Shown in pieces: positions 36,251 through 45,886 of a DNA stretch of 64,000 nucleotides. Every line of letters starts with the position of its first letter. Position 1 is the stretch's first letter. A program made the translations under genes and the position numbers. Where the stretch lies: contig DATMEP010000096.1 of the NCBI GenBank assembly GCA_035556755.1, forward strand, positions 1,110-65,109, read 5' to 3'. Origin of the DNA: Solirubrobacterales bacterium. Its GTDB lineage: Bacteria; Actinomycetota; Thermoleophilia; Solirubrobacterales; 70-9. Under the pieces are notes generated by a model, which did not search any database, was not told the DNA's origin, and saw only the letters and a program-made list of their open reading frames with translations.

Positions 36251-37326
36251 AACCGACGGAGCAACTGCACCAACTGGGTCAGAGCCTCTGGCTCGACAAC
36301 ATCACCCGAACGATGCTCGGCGACGGCACCCTGCGCCGCTACATCGACGAGCTTTCGGTCACCGGGCTCACCTCGAACCCGACGATCTTCGACAAGGCGA
36401 TCTCCGGCGGGGACGCCTACGACGAGCAGATCGCCGAGGCGGGGCCCAACTCCGCCACGACCGAGGACCTCTTTTTCGAGCTGGCGCTGGCCGATCTGCG
36501 CGACGCGGCCGACCTCTTCGGCTCGGTTCACGCCCGCACCGACCGGGTCGACGGTTGGGTCTCGCTCGAGGTTTCGCCGCTGATCGCCGACGACACCGCG
36601 GCGACGATCGCGCAGGCGGCGAAGCTGCACGAGCAGGCGGAGCGCGACAACCTCTACGTCAAGATCCCCGGCACCGAGGCCGGCCTGCCGGCGATCGAGG
36701 AGTCGATCTTCGCCGGCATCCCGATCAACGTCACGCTGCTCTTCTCGACCGAGCAGTACCTCGCCGCGGCGGACGCCTACACGCGAGGAGTCGAGCGGCG
36801 CATCGAGGCCGGCCTCAACCCCGCGGTCCCCTCGGTCGCCTCGATCTTCCTCAGTCGCTGGGACGTCGCGGTCGCGGGCCAGGTGCCCGAGGAGCTGCAC
36901 AACCGGCTCGGGGTCGCGGTGGGGGGCCAGGCCTACTGCGCCTACCGCCGCCTGCTCGGCTCCCAGCGCCAGCAGCGACTCTTCAACGAGGGCGCCCGTC
37001 CGCAGCGGCTGCTCTTCGCCAGCACCGGCACCAAGGACCCCGAAGCCTCCGACACCCTCTACATAGAGGGGCTGGCCGCTCCCTTCACGATCAACACGAT
37101 GCCGGAGCCGACCCTGCTTGCCTTCGCCGACCACGGCGAGGTGGGGGAGCCGCTGCCGACCGACGGAGTGGCGGCGGAGGAGACGCTCGCCGAGTTCGCC
37201 GCCGCCGGCATCGACCTCGACGCTCTCGCCGCCCGCCTCCAGGACGAGGGCAAACAGAGCTTCGACAAATCGTGGAAGGACCTGCTGGGGTCGCTCGAAT
37301 CCGAGCGGGAGCAGCTGGCGCGGTGA
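36247..37326 (+). CDS. tal: Transaldolase (long actinobacterial type)
   Basis: 359 aa with [17 protein letters not shown] and VKIPGT motifs. The GTG overlaps the tkt stop. Confidence 0.9.
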   Translation: MKPTEQLHQLGQSLWLDNITRTMLGDGTLRRYIDELSVTGLTSNPTIFDKAISGGDAYDEQIAEAGPNSATTEDLFFELALADLRDAADLFGSVHARTDRVDGWVSLEVSPLIADDTAATIAQAAKLHEQAERDNLYVKIPGTEAGLPAIEESIFAGIPINVTLLFSTEQYLAAADAYTRGVERRIEAGLNPAVPSVASIFLSRWDVAVAGQVPEELHNRLGVAVGGQAYCAYRRLLGSQRQQRLFNEGARPQRLLFASTGTKDPEASDTLYIEGLAAPFTINTMPEPTLLAFADHGEVGEPLPTDGVAAEETLAEFAAAGIDLDALAARLQDEGKQSFDKSWKDLLGSLESEREQLAR

Positions 37327-39047
37327 GCGACGGGTCGGGGGCTGCGTCCGCGGCGCCGTTGCGCGAGGCCGAGTCCTGGCGGGCGCTGGAGGATCACCAC
37401 GCCGACCTCCACGACCTCCATCTGCGCGACCTCTTCGCCGCCGACCCGCAGCGGGGAGAGCGGCTCGTCGCCGGCGGTGCCGGTCTCCATCTCGACTTCT
37501 CCAAGAACCGGATCACCGACGAGACGGTGATCCTGCTCGGCGAGCTGGCGCGCGAGCGCGGCGTCGAGGAGCGCCGCGAAGCGATGTTCGCCGGCGAGCA
37601 CATCAACGTCTCCGAGGACCGTGCCGTCCTCCATGTGGCGCTGCGGATGCCGCGCGGGCGCTCGCTGGTCGTCGACGGCGTCGACGTGATCAAGCAGGTG
37701 CACGAGACGCTCGACCGGATGGCCGCCTTCGTCGAGCGGGTCCGCTCCGGCGAGTGGGTCGGCCACACCGGCGAGCCGATCCGCAACGTCGTCAACGTCG
37801 GCATCGGCGGCTCGGACCTCGGTCCCGTGATGGCCTACGAGGCGCTGCGCCACTTCAGCCGCCGCGAGATGACCTTCAGGTTCGTCTCCAACGTCGACGC
37901 CACCGACTTCGCCGAGTCGACCCGCGACCTCGATCCCGAGGAGACCCTGTTCGTGATCTCCTCGAAGACCTTCACCACGCTGGAGACGATGACCAACGCC
38001 CACACCGCGCGCGAGTGGGCGCTGGCCGGGCTCGGCGGCGACGAGGCGGCGGTCGCCAAGCACTTCGTCGCGGTCTCCACCAACGCCGAGGAGGTGTCGA
38101 AGTTCGGCATCGACACCGAGAACATGTTCGGCTTCTGGGAGTGGGTCGGGGGCCGCTACTCGATGGACTCGGCGATCGGCCTCTCGACCATGCTCGCGAT
38201 CGGGCCGGCCCGCTTCGAGGAGATGCTGGCCGGCTTCCACGCGATGGACGAGCACTTCCGCACCGCGCCGCTGGCCGAGAACCTCCCCGCCCTGATGGGG
38301 CTGCTCGCGGTCTGGTACGGCGACTTCTTCGGCGCCCAGACCTGCGGCGTCTTCCCCTACGACCAGTACCTGCACCGCTTCCCGGCCTACCTGCAGCAGC
38401 TGACGATGGAGTCGAACGGCAAGCACGTCACCCTCGACGGCGCCCGGGTCGACTACGACACCGGCGCCATCTACTGGGGCGAGCCGGGGACCAACGGCCA
38501 GCACTCCTTCTACCAGCTGATCCACCAGGGGACGCGGCTTATCCCCTGCGACTTCATCGGCTTCATGCGCTCCAACAACCCGCTCGGCGACCACCACGAC
38601 CTCCTGATGTCGAACGTCTTCGCCCAGAGCGAGGCGCTCGCCTTCGGCAAAACGCCCGAGCAGGTGCGGGCCGAGGGGACGCCGGAGGCGGTCGTCCCGC
38701 ACCGGACGATGGAGGGCAATAGACCGTCGAACACGATCCTCGCCGAGCGGCTCGACCCGCACACCCTCGGCACCCTCGTCGCCCTCTACGAGCACAGCAC
38801 CTTCGTCCAGGGAAGTGTGTGGGGGATCGACTCCTTCGACCAGTGGGGAGTCGAGCTGGGCAAGGCGCTGGCGGTCGCGATCATCCCGGAGCTGCAGGCC
38901 GACGACGAGCCCACGCTGCGCCACGACAGCTCGACCAACGCGCTGATCCGCCGCTACCGGCAGGCACGCCATCACGTTTTCCATGACCTGGATGGAAAAC
39001 GTGATGAGATTTCGCCGGAGCCCGGCCAAGCAGAGCCCGCGGAGTAA
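37323..39047 (+). CDS. pgi: Glucose-6-phosphate isomerase, with a C-terminal extension read through a palindromic repeat
   Basis: 574 aa with [14 protein letters not shown] and [12 protein letters not shown] motifs. After ..[13 protein letters not shown] the frame continues [25 protein letters not shown] across repeat copy 3. The GTG overlaps the tal stop. Confidence 0.9.
   Translation: MSDGSGAASAAPLREAESWRALEDHHADLHDLHLRDLFAADPQRGERLVAGGAGLHLDFSKNRITDETVILLGELARERGVEERREAMFAGEHINVSEDRAVLHVALRMPRGRSLVVDGVDVIKQVHETLDRMAAFVERVRSGEWVGHTGEPIRNVVNVGIGGSDLGPVMAYEALRHFSRREMTFRFVSNVDATDFAESTRDLDPEETLFVISSKTFTTLETMTNAHTAREWALAGLGGDEAAVAKHFVAVSTNAEEVSKFGIDTENMFGFWEWVGGRYSMDSAIGLSTMLAIGPARFEEMLAGFHAMDEHFRTAPLAENLPALMGLLAVWYGDFFGAQTCGVFPYDQYLHRFPAYLQQLTMESNGKHVTLDGARVDYDTGAIYWGEPGTNGQHSFYQLIHQGTRLIPCDFIGFMRSNNPLGDHHDLLMSNVFAQSEALAFGKTPEQVRAEGTPEAVVPHRTMEGNRPSNTILAERLDPHTLGTLVALYEHSTFVQGSVWGIDSFDQWGVELGKALAVAIIPELQADDEPTLRHDSSTNALIRRYRQARHHVFHDLDGKRDEISPEPGQAEPAE
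38970..39006. repeat. 37-nt palindromic repeat, copy 3 (inside the 3' end of the pgi ORF)
   Basis: catcacgttttccat-gacctgg-atggaaaacgtgatg. It shares the 3' flank agatttc with copy 1. Confidence 0.9.
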
Positions 39048-39050
39048 GCC

Positions 39051-40436
39051 TTGCCGCTCCTCGACGCCCTCCCACTCGCGGCGTCGGAGTCCAATCTGCT
39101 CGCCGCCCGCGAGATGATGGCGTTCACGCTCGCCTTCCACATCGTCCTCGCCTGCCTCGGCGTCGCCCTGCCGGCGATCATCCTCGTCGCCAACTGGCTG
39201 GGGCTGAAACGCGACGATGAGGACGCGATGCGGCTGGCGCGGCGCTGGTCGAAGGCGATGGCGGTCACCTTCGCGGTCGGCGCCGTCACCGGCACCGTGC
39301 TCAGCTTCGAGTTCGGCCTGCTCTGGCCCGAGTTCATGGAGCGCTACGGCGACGCCTTCGGCATCGCCTTCGCGATCGAGGGGCTCTTCTTCTTCACCGA
39401 GGCGATCTTCCTCGCGATCTACATCTACGGCTGGGAGCGGTTGAGCGGCTGGGCGCACTTCTGGGCCGGGGTGCCGATGGTGATCACCGGGATCGGCGGC
39501 GCCTTCTCGGTGGTGACGGCGAATGCCTGGATGAACCAGCCGCAGGGCTTCACGCTCGACGCGGCGGGCAAGGTCGTCGACACCGACCCGCTGCAGGTCC
39601 TCTTCAACCCGGCCTGGCACTACGAGGTGCCGCACATGATCCTCGCCGCCTACATGGTGGCCGGCTTCCTCGTCGCCTCGATCTACGCGGTCGGGATGCT
39701 GCGCGGGCGGCGCGACCGCCTGCACCGGCTCGGCCTGCTGATCCCACTCACCGTCGCCTGCATCGTCACCCCGGTCCAGATCTTCGTCGGCGACACCGCG
39801 GCGCGCGAAGTCGCCGACCACCAGCCGGCCAAGTTCGCCGGCTTCGAGTGCATCCAGGAGACCGGCCCCAACCAGACCGAGTACATCGGCGGCATCTGCA
39901 CCGACGACGGGGTCAAGGGGGCGATCGGAATCCCCGGCCTCGACTCGCTGCTGGTCGGCTTCAGCACCGACACCGTGGTGACCGGCCTCGAGGACATCCC
40001 GCCCGACGAGCGCCCGCCCGCCAACACCCTGCTCCACCTCTCCTTCGACGCGATGGTCGGGATCGGCACGGCGCTGCTCGGGCTCGCCGCCTGGCTCGCC
40101 TTCGTCTGGTGGCGCCGTCGCGACATCCCCCAGACCAAGTGGTTCCTGCGCGCCGTCTCGGTTTCCGGCGTCGCCGCGATCGTCGCGCTGTGGTGCGGCT
40201 GGATCGTCACCGAGGTCGGCCGCCAGCCGTGGATCGTGCAGGGCTACATGCGCACCTCCGAAGCGGTGACCGAGGCGGAGGGGATCTGGTTCGCCTTCGC
40301 CGGGACGCTGCTCCTCTACGCGGCGCTGGGGACGACCGCGATCCTCGTCCTGCGCGGCATGTCCCGCCGCTGGCGCGAGGAGGGCGACACCGACCTGACC
40401 GAGGTCCCGTACGGCCCGACGGAGGTCTCGTCATGA
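39051..40436 (+). CDS. cydA: Cytochrome bd ubiquinol oxidase subunit I
   Basis: 461 aa, polytopic, typical CydA sequence (..REMMAFTLAFHIV.., ..GWIVTEVGRQPW..). TTG start. Confidence 0.9.
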   Translation: MPLLDALPLAASESNLLAAREMMAFTLAFHIVLACLGVALPAIILVANWLGLKRDDEDAMRLARRWSKAMAVTFAVGAVTGTVLSFEFGLLWPEFMERYGDAFGIAFAIEGLFFFTEAIFLAIYIYGWERLSGWAHFWAGVPMVITGIGGAFSVVTANAWMNQPQGFTLDAAGKVVDTDPLQVLFNPAWHYEVPHMILAAYMVAGFLVASIYAVGMLRGRRDRLHRLGLLIPLTVACIVTPVQIFVGDTAAREVADHQPAKFAGFECIQETGPNQTEYIGGICTDDGVKGAIGIPGLDSLLVGFSTDTVVTGLEDIPPDERPPANTLLHLSFDAMVGIGTALLGLAAWLAFVWWRRRDIPQTKWFLRAVSVSGVAAIVALWCGWIVTEVGRQPWIVQGYMRTSEAVTEAEGIWFAFAGTLLLYAALGTTAILVLRGMSRRWREEGDTDLTEVPYGPTEVSS

Positions 40437-40498
40437 GCTTCCGGTGCGCCTTTTCCTTTCTATATACGCATAAAGCGCACCGGAAGACGATCGCATGA
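40433..40498 (+). other. A+T-rich 12-bp-stem hairpin / 21-codon mini-ORF bridging cydA and cydB
   Basis: cttccggtgcgc (40438..40449) pairs with gcgcaccggaag (40475..40486) around a 25-nt A+T-rich loop. The ORF MSFRCAFSFLYTHKAHRKTIA starts in an ATGA overlap with the cydA stop and ends in an ATGA overlap with the cydB start. Confidence 0.5.
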
Positions 40499-41493
40499 CC
40501 AAGGCCGATGTCGCCGCGGCGATCCTCTGGACGGGCGCGACGCTCTACGCGGTCTTCGGCGGGGCGGACTTCGGCGGCGGCTTCTGGGACCTGATCGCCG
40601 GTGACGCCGAGAAGGGCGAGCGGCCGCGGGCGACGATCCAGCGCTCCCTCACCCCAGTCTGGGAGGCCAACCACGTCTGGCTGATCTTCATCCTCGTCGT
40701 CCTCTGGACCGCCTTCCCGGAGGCGTTCGGGGCGATCATGTCGACCCTCTACGTGCCGATTGCCCTGGCCGCCCTCGGGATCGTCCTGCGCGGCGCCGGC
40801 TTTGCCTTCCGCAAGTCGGTCGACACGCTCTCGCGGGAACGGGCGCTGGGCGCGATCTTCGCCCTCTCCTCGGTGCTGACCCCCTTCTTCATGGGCACCG
40901 TGGTCGGTGCCGTCGCCTCGGGCAACGTCCCGGCCGAGGGCAACGGCGACGCCTTCTCGAGCTGGCTGGAGCCGCTGCCGCTGCTGACCGGGGCGTTGTT
41001 CGTCGCCACCGGCGCCTACCTGGCGGCGGTCTTCCTCGTCGTCGACGCCCACCGCCACGACGAGAAGGAGATGGAGAGCTACTTCTCCCGCCGGGCGCTG
41101 GTGGCGGCTCTCGCCGCCGGCGTTCTGGCGATGGCCGGGATCGTCGCCCTGAACGCCGACGCCAACTACGTCTACGAGCGGCTCGTCGTCGAGGGGCTGC
41201 CGCTGGTGATCGTCTCGATCCTCTGTGGCTTCGGGGTCCTGGGGCTGCTGCTGCAGCGTGGCCGCCGCGGCCTGCGGCCGCTCGCGGTCGGCGCCGTCGT
41301 CGCGGTCATCTGGGGGTGGGGGGTCGCCCAGTTCCCCTACCTGCTGCCGACCTCGCTGACGATCTCCGAGGCCGCCGCCCCAGATCCGACCCTCGACGCG
41401 GTGATGATCGTCTTCGTCGTCGCGGCGCTGGTCGTGCTGCCCGCGCTCGGCCTCCTCTACTGGCTGACCCAGCGGGAGCTGCTGAATGAGTGA
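40495..41493 (+). CDS. cydB: Cytochrome bd ubiquinol oxidase subunit II
   Basis: 332 aa, polytopic, with the ..GGADFGGGFWDL.. N-terminal motif. Confidence 0.9.
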   Translation: MTKADVAAAILWTGATLYAVFGGADFGGGFWDLIAGDAEKGERPRATIQRSLTPVWEANHVWLIFILVVLWTAFPEAFGAIMSTLYVPIALAALGIVLRGAGFAFRKSVDTLSRERALGAIFALSSVLTPFFMGTVVGAVASGNVPAEGNGDAFSSWLEPLPLLTGALFVATGAYLAAVFLVVDAHRHDEKEMESYFSRRALVAALAAGVLAMAGIVALNADANYVYERLVVEGLPLVIVSILCGFGVLGLLLQRGRRGLRPLAVGAVVAVIWGWGVAQFPYLLPTSLTISEAAAPDPTLDAVMIVFVVAALVVLPALGLLYWLTQRELLNE

Positions 41494-42157
41494 CACCCGC
41501 GCGGTGCTGTTCGACATCGACGGGACGCTGCTGGTGACGGGCGGTGCCGGTGGCGCCGCCTGGCGACGCGCCTTCGAGGAGCTGCACGGGGTCGACGTCG
41601 ACATCGCCGACCACACCGACGCGGGGATGACCGACCCCGAGATCGCCGCGATCGTCTTCCGCGAGGTGATCGGCCGCGAGGGTTCGCCCGAAGAGCGGGC
41701 CAAGGCGATCGCCAGCTACCTCAAGCACCTCCCCGACACCGTCGCCGAGTCAGAGGGCTACCGCGTGATGCCAGGCGTCGAGCCGCTGCTCGACCGGCTG
41801 ATCGACGGGGGGCTGCTGCTCGGCCTGGTCACCGGCAACATCGAGGCGGCCGCCCACATCAAGCTCGCCCGCGCCAGCCTCAACCGCTTCTTCAGCTTCG
41901 GCGGCTACGGCTCCGACTCCGCCGACCGCACCGAGGTGACCAAGGCCGCCCTGCGCCGTGGCGAGCTGGTCTCCGGCGGCACCCTCGCCGACGGCGCCAG
42001 CATCGCGGTCGGCGACACCCCCCGCGACGTCAAAGCCGGCCACGGCGCCGGCATCCAGGTCGTCGGCGTAGCCACCGGCAGCTACAGCGTCAAGGAGCTA
42101 CGCGACGCCGGCGCCGATTGGTTGCTGGAGACCGTCGAGCACGGCTTCCCGGCTTGA
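41486..42157 (+). CDS. HAD-family hydrolase (phosphoglycolate-phosphatase-like)
   Basis: 223 aa with LFDIDGTL (DxDxT) and ..VGDTPRDV.. motifs. It overlaps the cydB end by 8 nt. Confidence 0.85.
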   Translation: MSDTRAVLFDIDGTLLVTGGAGGAAWRRAFEELHGVDVDIADHTDAGMTDPEIAAIVFREVIGREGSPEERAKAIASYLKHLPDTVAESEGYRVMPGVEPLLDRLIDGGLLLGLVTGNIEAAAHIKLARASLNRFFSFGGYGSDSADRTEVTKAALRRGELVSGGTLADGASIAVGDTPRDVKAGHGAGIQVVGVATGSYSVKELRDAGADWLLETVEHGFPA

Positions 42158-42673
42158 TCAGTCCTGCTGTCGCTCCACCTCGGTGAGCACCGCGATGTCG
42201 TCGAGGTCGGAGGGCCGCCCGGCGGCTCGCTTCATCCGGATCAGGTCGTCTAGCGAGGCGATGGCCACCTCGATCCCGTCGAGCTCGACCACCGAGGCCG
42301 CCTTCCGCATCTGGTCGAACTCGCGGGCGCCCTTCGGCTCCTTGAGGATGTGGACTTGGCCGTGTCGGGTGACCAGCGGAGGGACGATCGCGGCGACCGC
42401 GAGCCGCTCAGGATCAGCGACGGAGACCTCCGCTTGCTCGAACCCGGCCTCTCGTGGACGTGCCTGCAACTCGATGAGTGCGGCGGCCAGTCGACTCAGG
42501 TTCTCCGGATCGGGATCCGGCGTCAGGTCGAGGTCCATCGTCGTGCGCCGGTGGCCATGGACCTGAGTGGCGACTCCACCGATCACCACGTAGTCCACGC
42601 CGTGTCGCGCGAGAACCTCCAGCAACCCAGCGATGTCCAGCGGTTGTTCGGCGTGGTCTCCCGCCTCAGTCAT
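42158..42673 (-). CDS. Minimal nucleotidyltransferase-fold protein (TA-type NTase), paralog of 26759..27307
   Basis: 171 aa from the ATG at 42673 with IGGVATQVHGHRRTTMDLDL and ..SLDDLIRMKRAAGRPSDLDDIAVL.. motifs. The ATG lies in an 8-nt overlap (ATGACTGA) with the upstream HTH gene. Confidence 0.65.
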   Translation of the reverse strand: MTEAGDHAEQPLDIAGLLEVLARHGVDYVVIGGVATQVHGHRRTTMDLDLTPDPDPENLSRLAAALIELQARPREAGFEQAEVSVADPERLAVAAIVPPLVTRHGQVHILKEPKGAREFDQMRKAASVVELDGIEVAIASLDDLIRMKRAAGRPSDLDDIAVLTEVERQQD

Positions 42674-43043
42674 CAGCCCTCCGAGTCGCCGGGTGTCCGG
42701 TACGTCGGGCCTGCTCACCTGCCAGCGCCAGTTGCGACGCCACCCGGTTCCATCCGTTTGCCTCGCGTAACCGTTCGGCAGGGGTCATAGCGCCGGAAAA
42801 TTCCAGCTCTGCTGCCGGCACTCGACTTTCCAGCGGCTCTACACGCATCACCGGATGCTGCCCCATCGCCAGCATCAACTGCTCGAAGCGCTCGAGCGTC
42901 GGTTTCTCGACCCCCCGCTCGATCCGGCTGATCGCGTCTTGGCTGGTACCGGCCCGCAGCGCCAATCGGCGCTGGCTCACCCCAGCCCGGGCGCGCGTCT
43001 CCCGCAGGAGAGCTCCAAGGTCTTGTCGTGGTCTCTTTGACAC
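42666..43043 (-). CDS. XRE-family HTH protein paired with the NTase
   Basis: 125 aa from the GTG at 43043 with ..RARAGVSQRRLALRAGTSQDAISRIERG.. The track ORF starts 54 nt earlier. Confidence 0.7.
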   Translation of the reverse strand: MSKRPRQDLGALLRETRARAGVSQRRLALRAGTSQDAISRIERGVEKPTLERFEQLMLAMGQHPVMRVEPLESRVPAAELEFSGAMTPAERLREANGWNRVASQLALAGEQARRTGHPATRRADD

Positions 43044-43134
43044 CGTATGCAGTGTACTGAGTTCATTTGAGAAGGAGAAATTCCTTATTCGGTACACATC
43101 GATCTAGCAAACAAGATAGCTTCGTTTAACCGCC

Positions 43135-43689
43135 ATGAAGCGCCTCTCCATCCTCTGGTTTGCGCTGATGTTCGCCCTGTGCATGGCGGCGATCGGCGCA
43201 CCCGCGGCACACGCGATCGACTACGACTGCTCGAATTTCGCCAATCAGGCGGAAGCACAGGAATACCTGCTCCCAGGCGATCCTCACCGCCTCGACGCGG
43301 ACAACGACGGCATCGCCTGCGAGAGCCTTCCCTGCCCGTGCTCGTATGGAGCTCCCTACGTCCCCCCTTCACCACCTCCGCCGCCTCCCGTCGAAGCCCC
43401 GGCCCCTCGCTACACCGCCTATATCGCCTGCGGCCTGAGCCAGTACGCGAGGCGCGCGAGCACCTGCCCGCATAGGAGCAAGGTTGGCGCTTTCCTGCGC
43501 AGCTCCCAGGACATCGAGTACACGGTGTGCGTGGTCTTCCCGACCGCGCGACGTCTATACGCTCCGCATCACGCGGCGATCGCCGGGACCCTCTACGTCA
43601 ACAAGGTCACGACCGCGATCACCGGCCGGCACAAGGTCATCTGGTATCTGCCCGGCGACCGCATCGTTCGCTACTTCTGGCGCCTCTAG
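43135..43689 (+). CDS. Secreted excalibur calcium-binding-domain protein
   Basis: 184 aa with a signal peptide, [10 protein letters not shown] (DxDxDGxxCE) and a poly-Pro linker. Confidence 0.75.
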   Translation: MKRLSILWFALMFALCMAAIGAPAAHAIDYDCSNFANQAEAQEYLLPGDPHRLDADNDGIACESLPCPCSYGAPYVPPSPPPPPPVEAPAPRYTAYIACGLSQYARRASTCPHRSKVGAFLRSSQDIEYTVCVVFPTARRLYAPHHAAIAGTLYVNKVTTAITGRHKVIWYLPGDRIVRYFWRL

Positions 43690-43704
43690 CCACGAGTGCC
43701 GTGG

Positions 43705-44628
43705 TCAGACGGCCTTGGCGGCCACGCGCTCGGGCGTGGGCCGCACGACGTCCCAGACCAGACCGGTCTTCTCAAGGCCGTCGATCACGAGGGCCGAGAC
43801 GTCGACCTGCCAGCGGCCGAGGCCGTGGACGGCGGAGGTCGGGAAGGCGTGGTGATTGTTGTGCCAGGCCTCGCCGAGGGTGGGGATCGCGATCAGGGCG
43901 AGGTTGCGCGACTCGTCGGTCGTCTCGAAGTCCTGGTTGCCGAAGACGTGGCAGAGCGAGTTGATGCTGTAGGTGAAGTGGTGGAGGACGAAGACCCTGA
44001 CCAGGCCGCCCCAGAGCAGCCCGGTGAGCGCGGCGAAGAAGGTCCCGCCGATGACCCAGCCGAGGGCGAAGGGGATGAGCAGGCCGAGGATCGCCCACTG
44101 CAGGAAGGTGCGGTCGACCCAGCTGATCACCGGATCGTCGATGAGGTCGGGGGCGAAGCGCTCCTTGTTGCCGCGCTGGGTGTGGATGAAGAGCCAGCCC
44201 ATGTGGGCGTGGAAGAGGCCGCGCATGGCGCCGCTCCAGCCGTGGCCGTGGTCGACGTGGGGGCTGTGCGGGTCCCCCTCTTCGTCGGAGAAGGCGTGGT
44301 GCTTGCGGTGGTCGGCGACCCAGGAGATCACCGGGCCCTCGATCGCGGCCGAGCCGAGGATCGCCAGCAGTCCGTGCAGCCAGCGTTTCGCTTTGAAGCT
44401 GCGGTGGGTGAGGTGGCGGTGGAAGCCGACGGTGATCCCCAGCCCGGTGAACACGTACATCCCGAGGAAGAGGAAGACGTCGCTCCAGTGCAGGGCGCTG
44501 CCCCAGACCTGCCAGCCGGCGATGCCGATCGCCAGGAACGGGACCAGGGTGACGAGGCCGGTGATGATCCGATCCCGGGTCTCGTTCTCCACAGGTTGGA
44601 TATCCGAAGGAAGTGGGCCGCTCGCCAT
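43705..44628 (-). CDS. Membrane fatty-acid (acyl-CoA/acyl-lipid) desaturase
   Basis: 307 aa from the ATG at 44628 with His boxes HRHLTH, HRKHH and HNNHH. Confidence 0.9.
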   Translation of the reverse strand: MASGPLPSDIQPVENETRDRIITGLVTLVPFLAIGIAGWQVWGSALHWSDVFLFLGMYVFTGLGITVGFHRHLTHRSFKAKRWLHGLLAILGSAAIEGPVISWVADHRKHHAFSDEEGDPHSPHVDHGHGWSGAMRGLFHAHMGWLFIHTQRGNKERFAPDLIDDPVISWVDRTFLQWAILGLLIPFALGWVIGGTFFAALTGLLWGGLVRVFVLHHFTYSINSLCHVFGNQDFETTDESRNLALIAIPTLGEAWHNNHHAFPTSAVHGLGRWQVDVSALVIDGLEKTGLVWDVVRPTPERVAAKAV

Positions 44629-44646
44629 GACTAACGATTCTATGCT

Positions 44647-45858
44647 GTGAAGATGCTGTTCGCGAGCACTTCGCCACTGCGTCGCGAGATCGAGGGGAGG
44701 ATCCCGGAGCGCCCCTTCGCGGTCGAGTTCTGGGACGGGACCCGGCTGCCCTCGACGAACGGCGACGGGCCGACGTTCTACGTCCGCTCGCCGCGCGCCG
44801 CCGCACACGTCCTGCGCGCGCCCGGCCAGCTCGGCCTCGGCCGCGCCTACGTCAGCGGCGAGATCGAGGTCGACGACATGGACGCGGTCATCGAGCTGCT
44901 CGACAGCTGGCAGCCGCCGCCCCTGGAGGGAGGCGATAAGGCGCGGCTGCTGCTTGCCGCGGTGCGCGCCGCCGGTCTGACCCGGCCGCCGCGCCGTCCC
45001 GCCGCCGAGCTGCAGCCCAGCGGGCGGCGCCACAGCAGGGAGCGCGACGCCCGCGCGGTCCGCCACCACTACGACGTCTCCAACGAGTTCTTCTCGCTCT
45101 TCCTCGACGACTCGACGACCTACAGCTGCGCGATCTTCTCCCGCGGTGCCGAGACGCTGGAGGCGGCGCAGGAAGAGAAGCTGGAGACGGTCTGCCGCAA
45201 GCTGGCGCTGAAGGAGGGCGAGCGGCTGCTCGACGTCGGCTGCGGCTGGGGCAGCTTCCCGCTCTGGGCGGCGACGCGGCACGGTGTCAGCGTGGTCGGC
45301 ATCACCCTCTCGCCGCCGCAGGCGGAGAAGGCGCGGCAGCGGGCCGAGGCGGCCGGCGTCGCCGACCGGGTCGAGATCCGCGTCATGGACTACCGCGACC
45401 TCACCGGCGAGCGCTTCGACGCGATCGCCAGCATCGGCATGGTCGAGCACGTCGGCGAGGAGCAGATCGACGTCTACGCGCGGACGCTGGCCGGCCTGCT
45501 CGAGCCCGGCGGCCGCCTGCTCAACCACGGCATCACCCGGTTGCGGCACAACGACCCCGAGGCCGGGGCGTTCTCGGAGCGCTATGTCTTCCCCGACGCC
45601 GAGCCGCTGCACCTCTCGCGGGTGCTGCTGGCGCTCGAAGGGGCCGGCTTCGTCCCCCGCCACGTCGAGGAGTTCGGCGCCGACTACGCCGAGACCCTGC
45701 GCCACTGGGCGCGGCGCCTGGACGAGAACCTCGACGAGGCGATCCGCCTGGCCGGCCCCGAACGGGTCCGAGTCTGGCGCCTCTACCTGCGCGCCGCCCG
45801 CAACGGCTTCGAAAACGGCTTCACCTCGATCTACCAGGCCCGCTGCACCCTGGCCTGA
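44647..45858 (+). CDS. Cyclopropane-fatty-acyl-phospholipid-synthase-family SAM methyltransferase
   Basis: 403 aa with HYDVSNEFF, LLDVGCGWG and C-terminal ..YLRAARNGFE.. motifs. Confidence 0.85.
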   Translation: MKMLFASTSPLRREIEGRIPERPFAVEFWDGTRLPSTNGDGPTFYVRSPRAAAHVLRAPGQLGLGRAYVSGEIEVDDMDAVIELLDSWQPPPLEGGDKARLLLAAVRAAGLTRPPRRPAAELQPSGRRHSRERDARAVRHHYDVSNEFFSLFLDDSTTYSCAIFSRGAETLEAAQEEKLETVCRKLALKEGERLLDVGCGWGSFPLWAATRHGVSVVGITLSPPQAEKARQRAEAAGVADRVEIRVMDYRDLTGERFDAIASIGMVEHVGEEQIDVYARTLAGLLEPGGRLLNHGITRLRHNDPEAGAFSERYVFPDAEPLHLSRVLLALEGAGFVPRHVEEFGADYAETLRHWARRLDENLDEAIRLAGPERVRVWRLYLRAARNGFENGFTSIYQARCTLA

Positions 45859-45886
45859 GATCGAGTTTGGTGGGAGACCGGGTGGC

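Noticed and set aside
13141-39006. Whether the three 37-nt palindromes could be a CRISPR array or its remnants
   Set aside because: The copies are 18 kb and 8 kb apart, each at a gene 3' end. There are no regular short spacers, no leader and no cas genes in the window.
37059-40037. 992-aa minus-strand ORF opposite pgi and cydA
   Set aside because: It is a shadow ORF. The sense strand encodes Pgi and CydA with canonical motifs.
40433-40498. The mini-ORF between cydA and cydB as a CydX/CydS-type small oxidase subunit
   Set aside because: Known small bd-oxidase subunits are single hydrophobic TM helices. This 21-mer is basic and aromatic and is largely dictated by the hairpin arms, so it is reported only as a structural/coupling curiosity.
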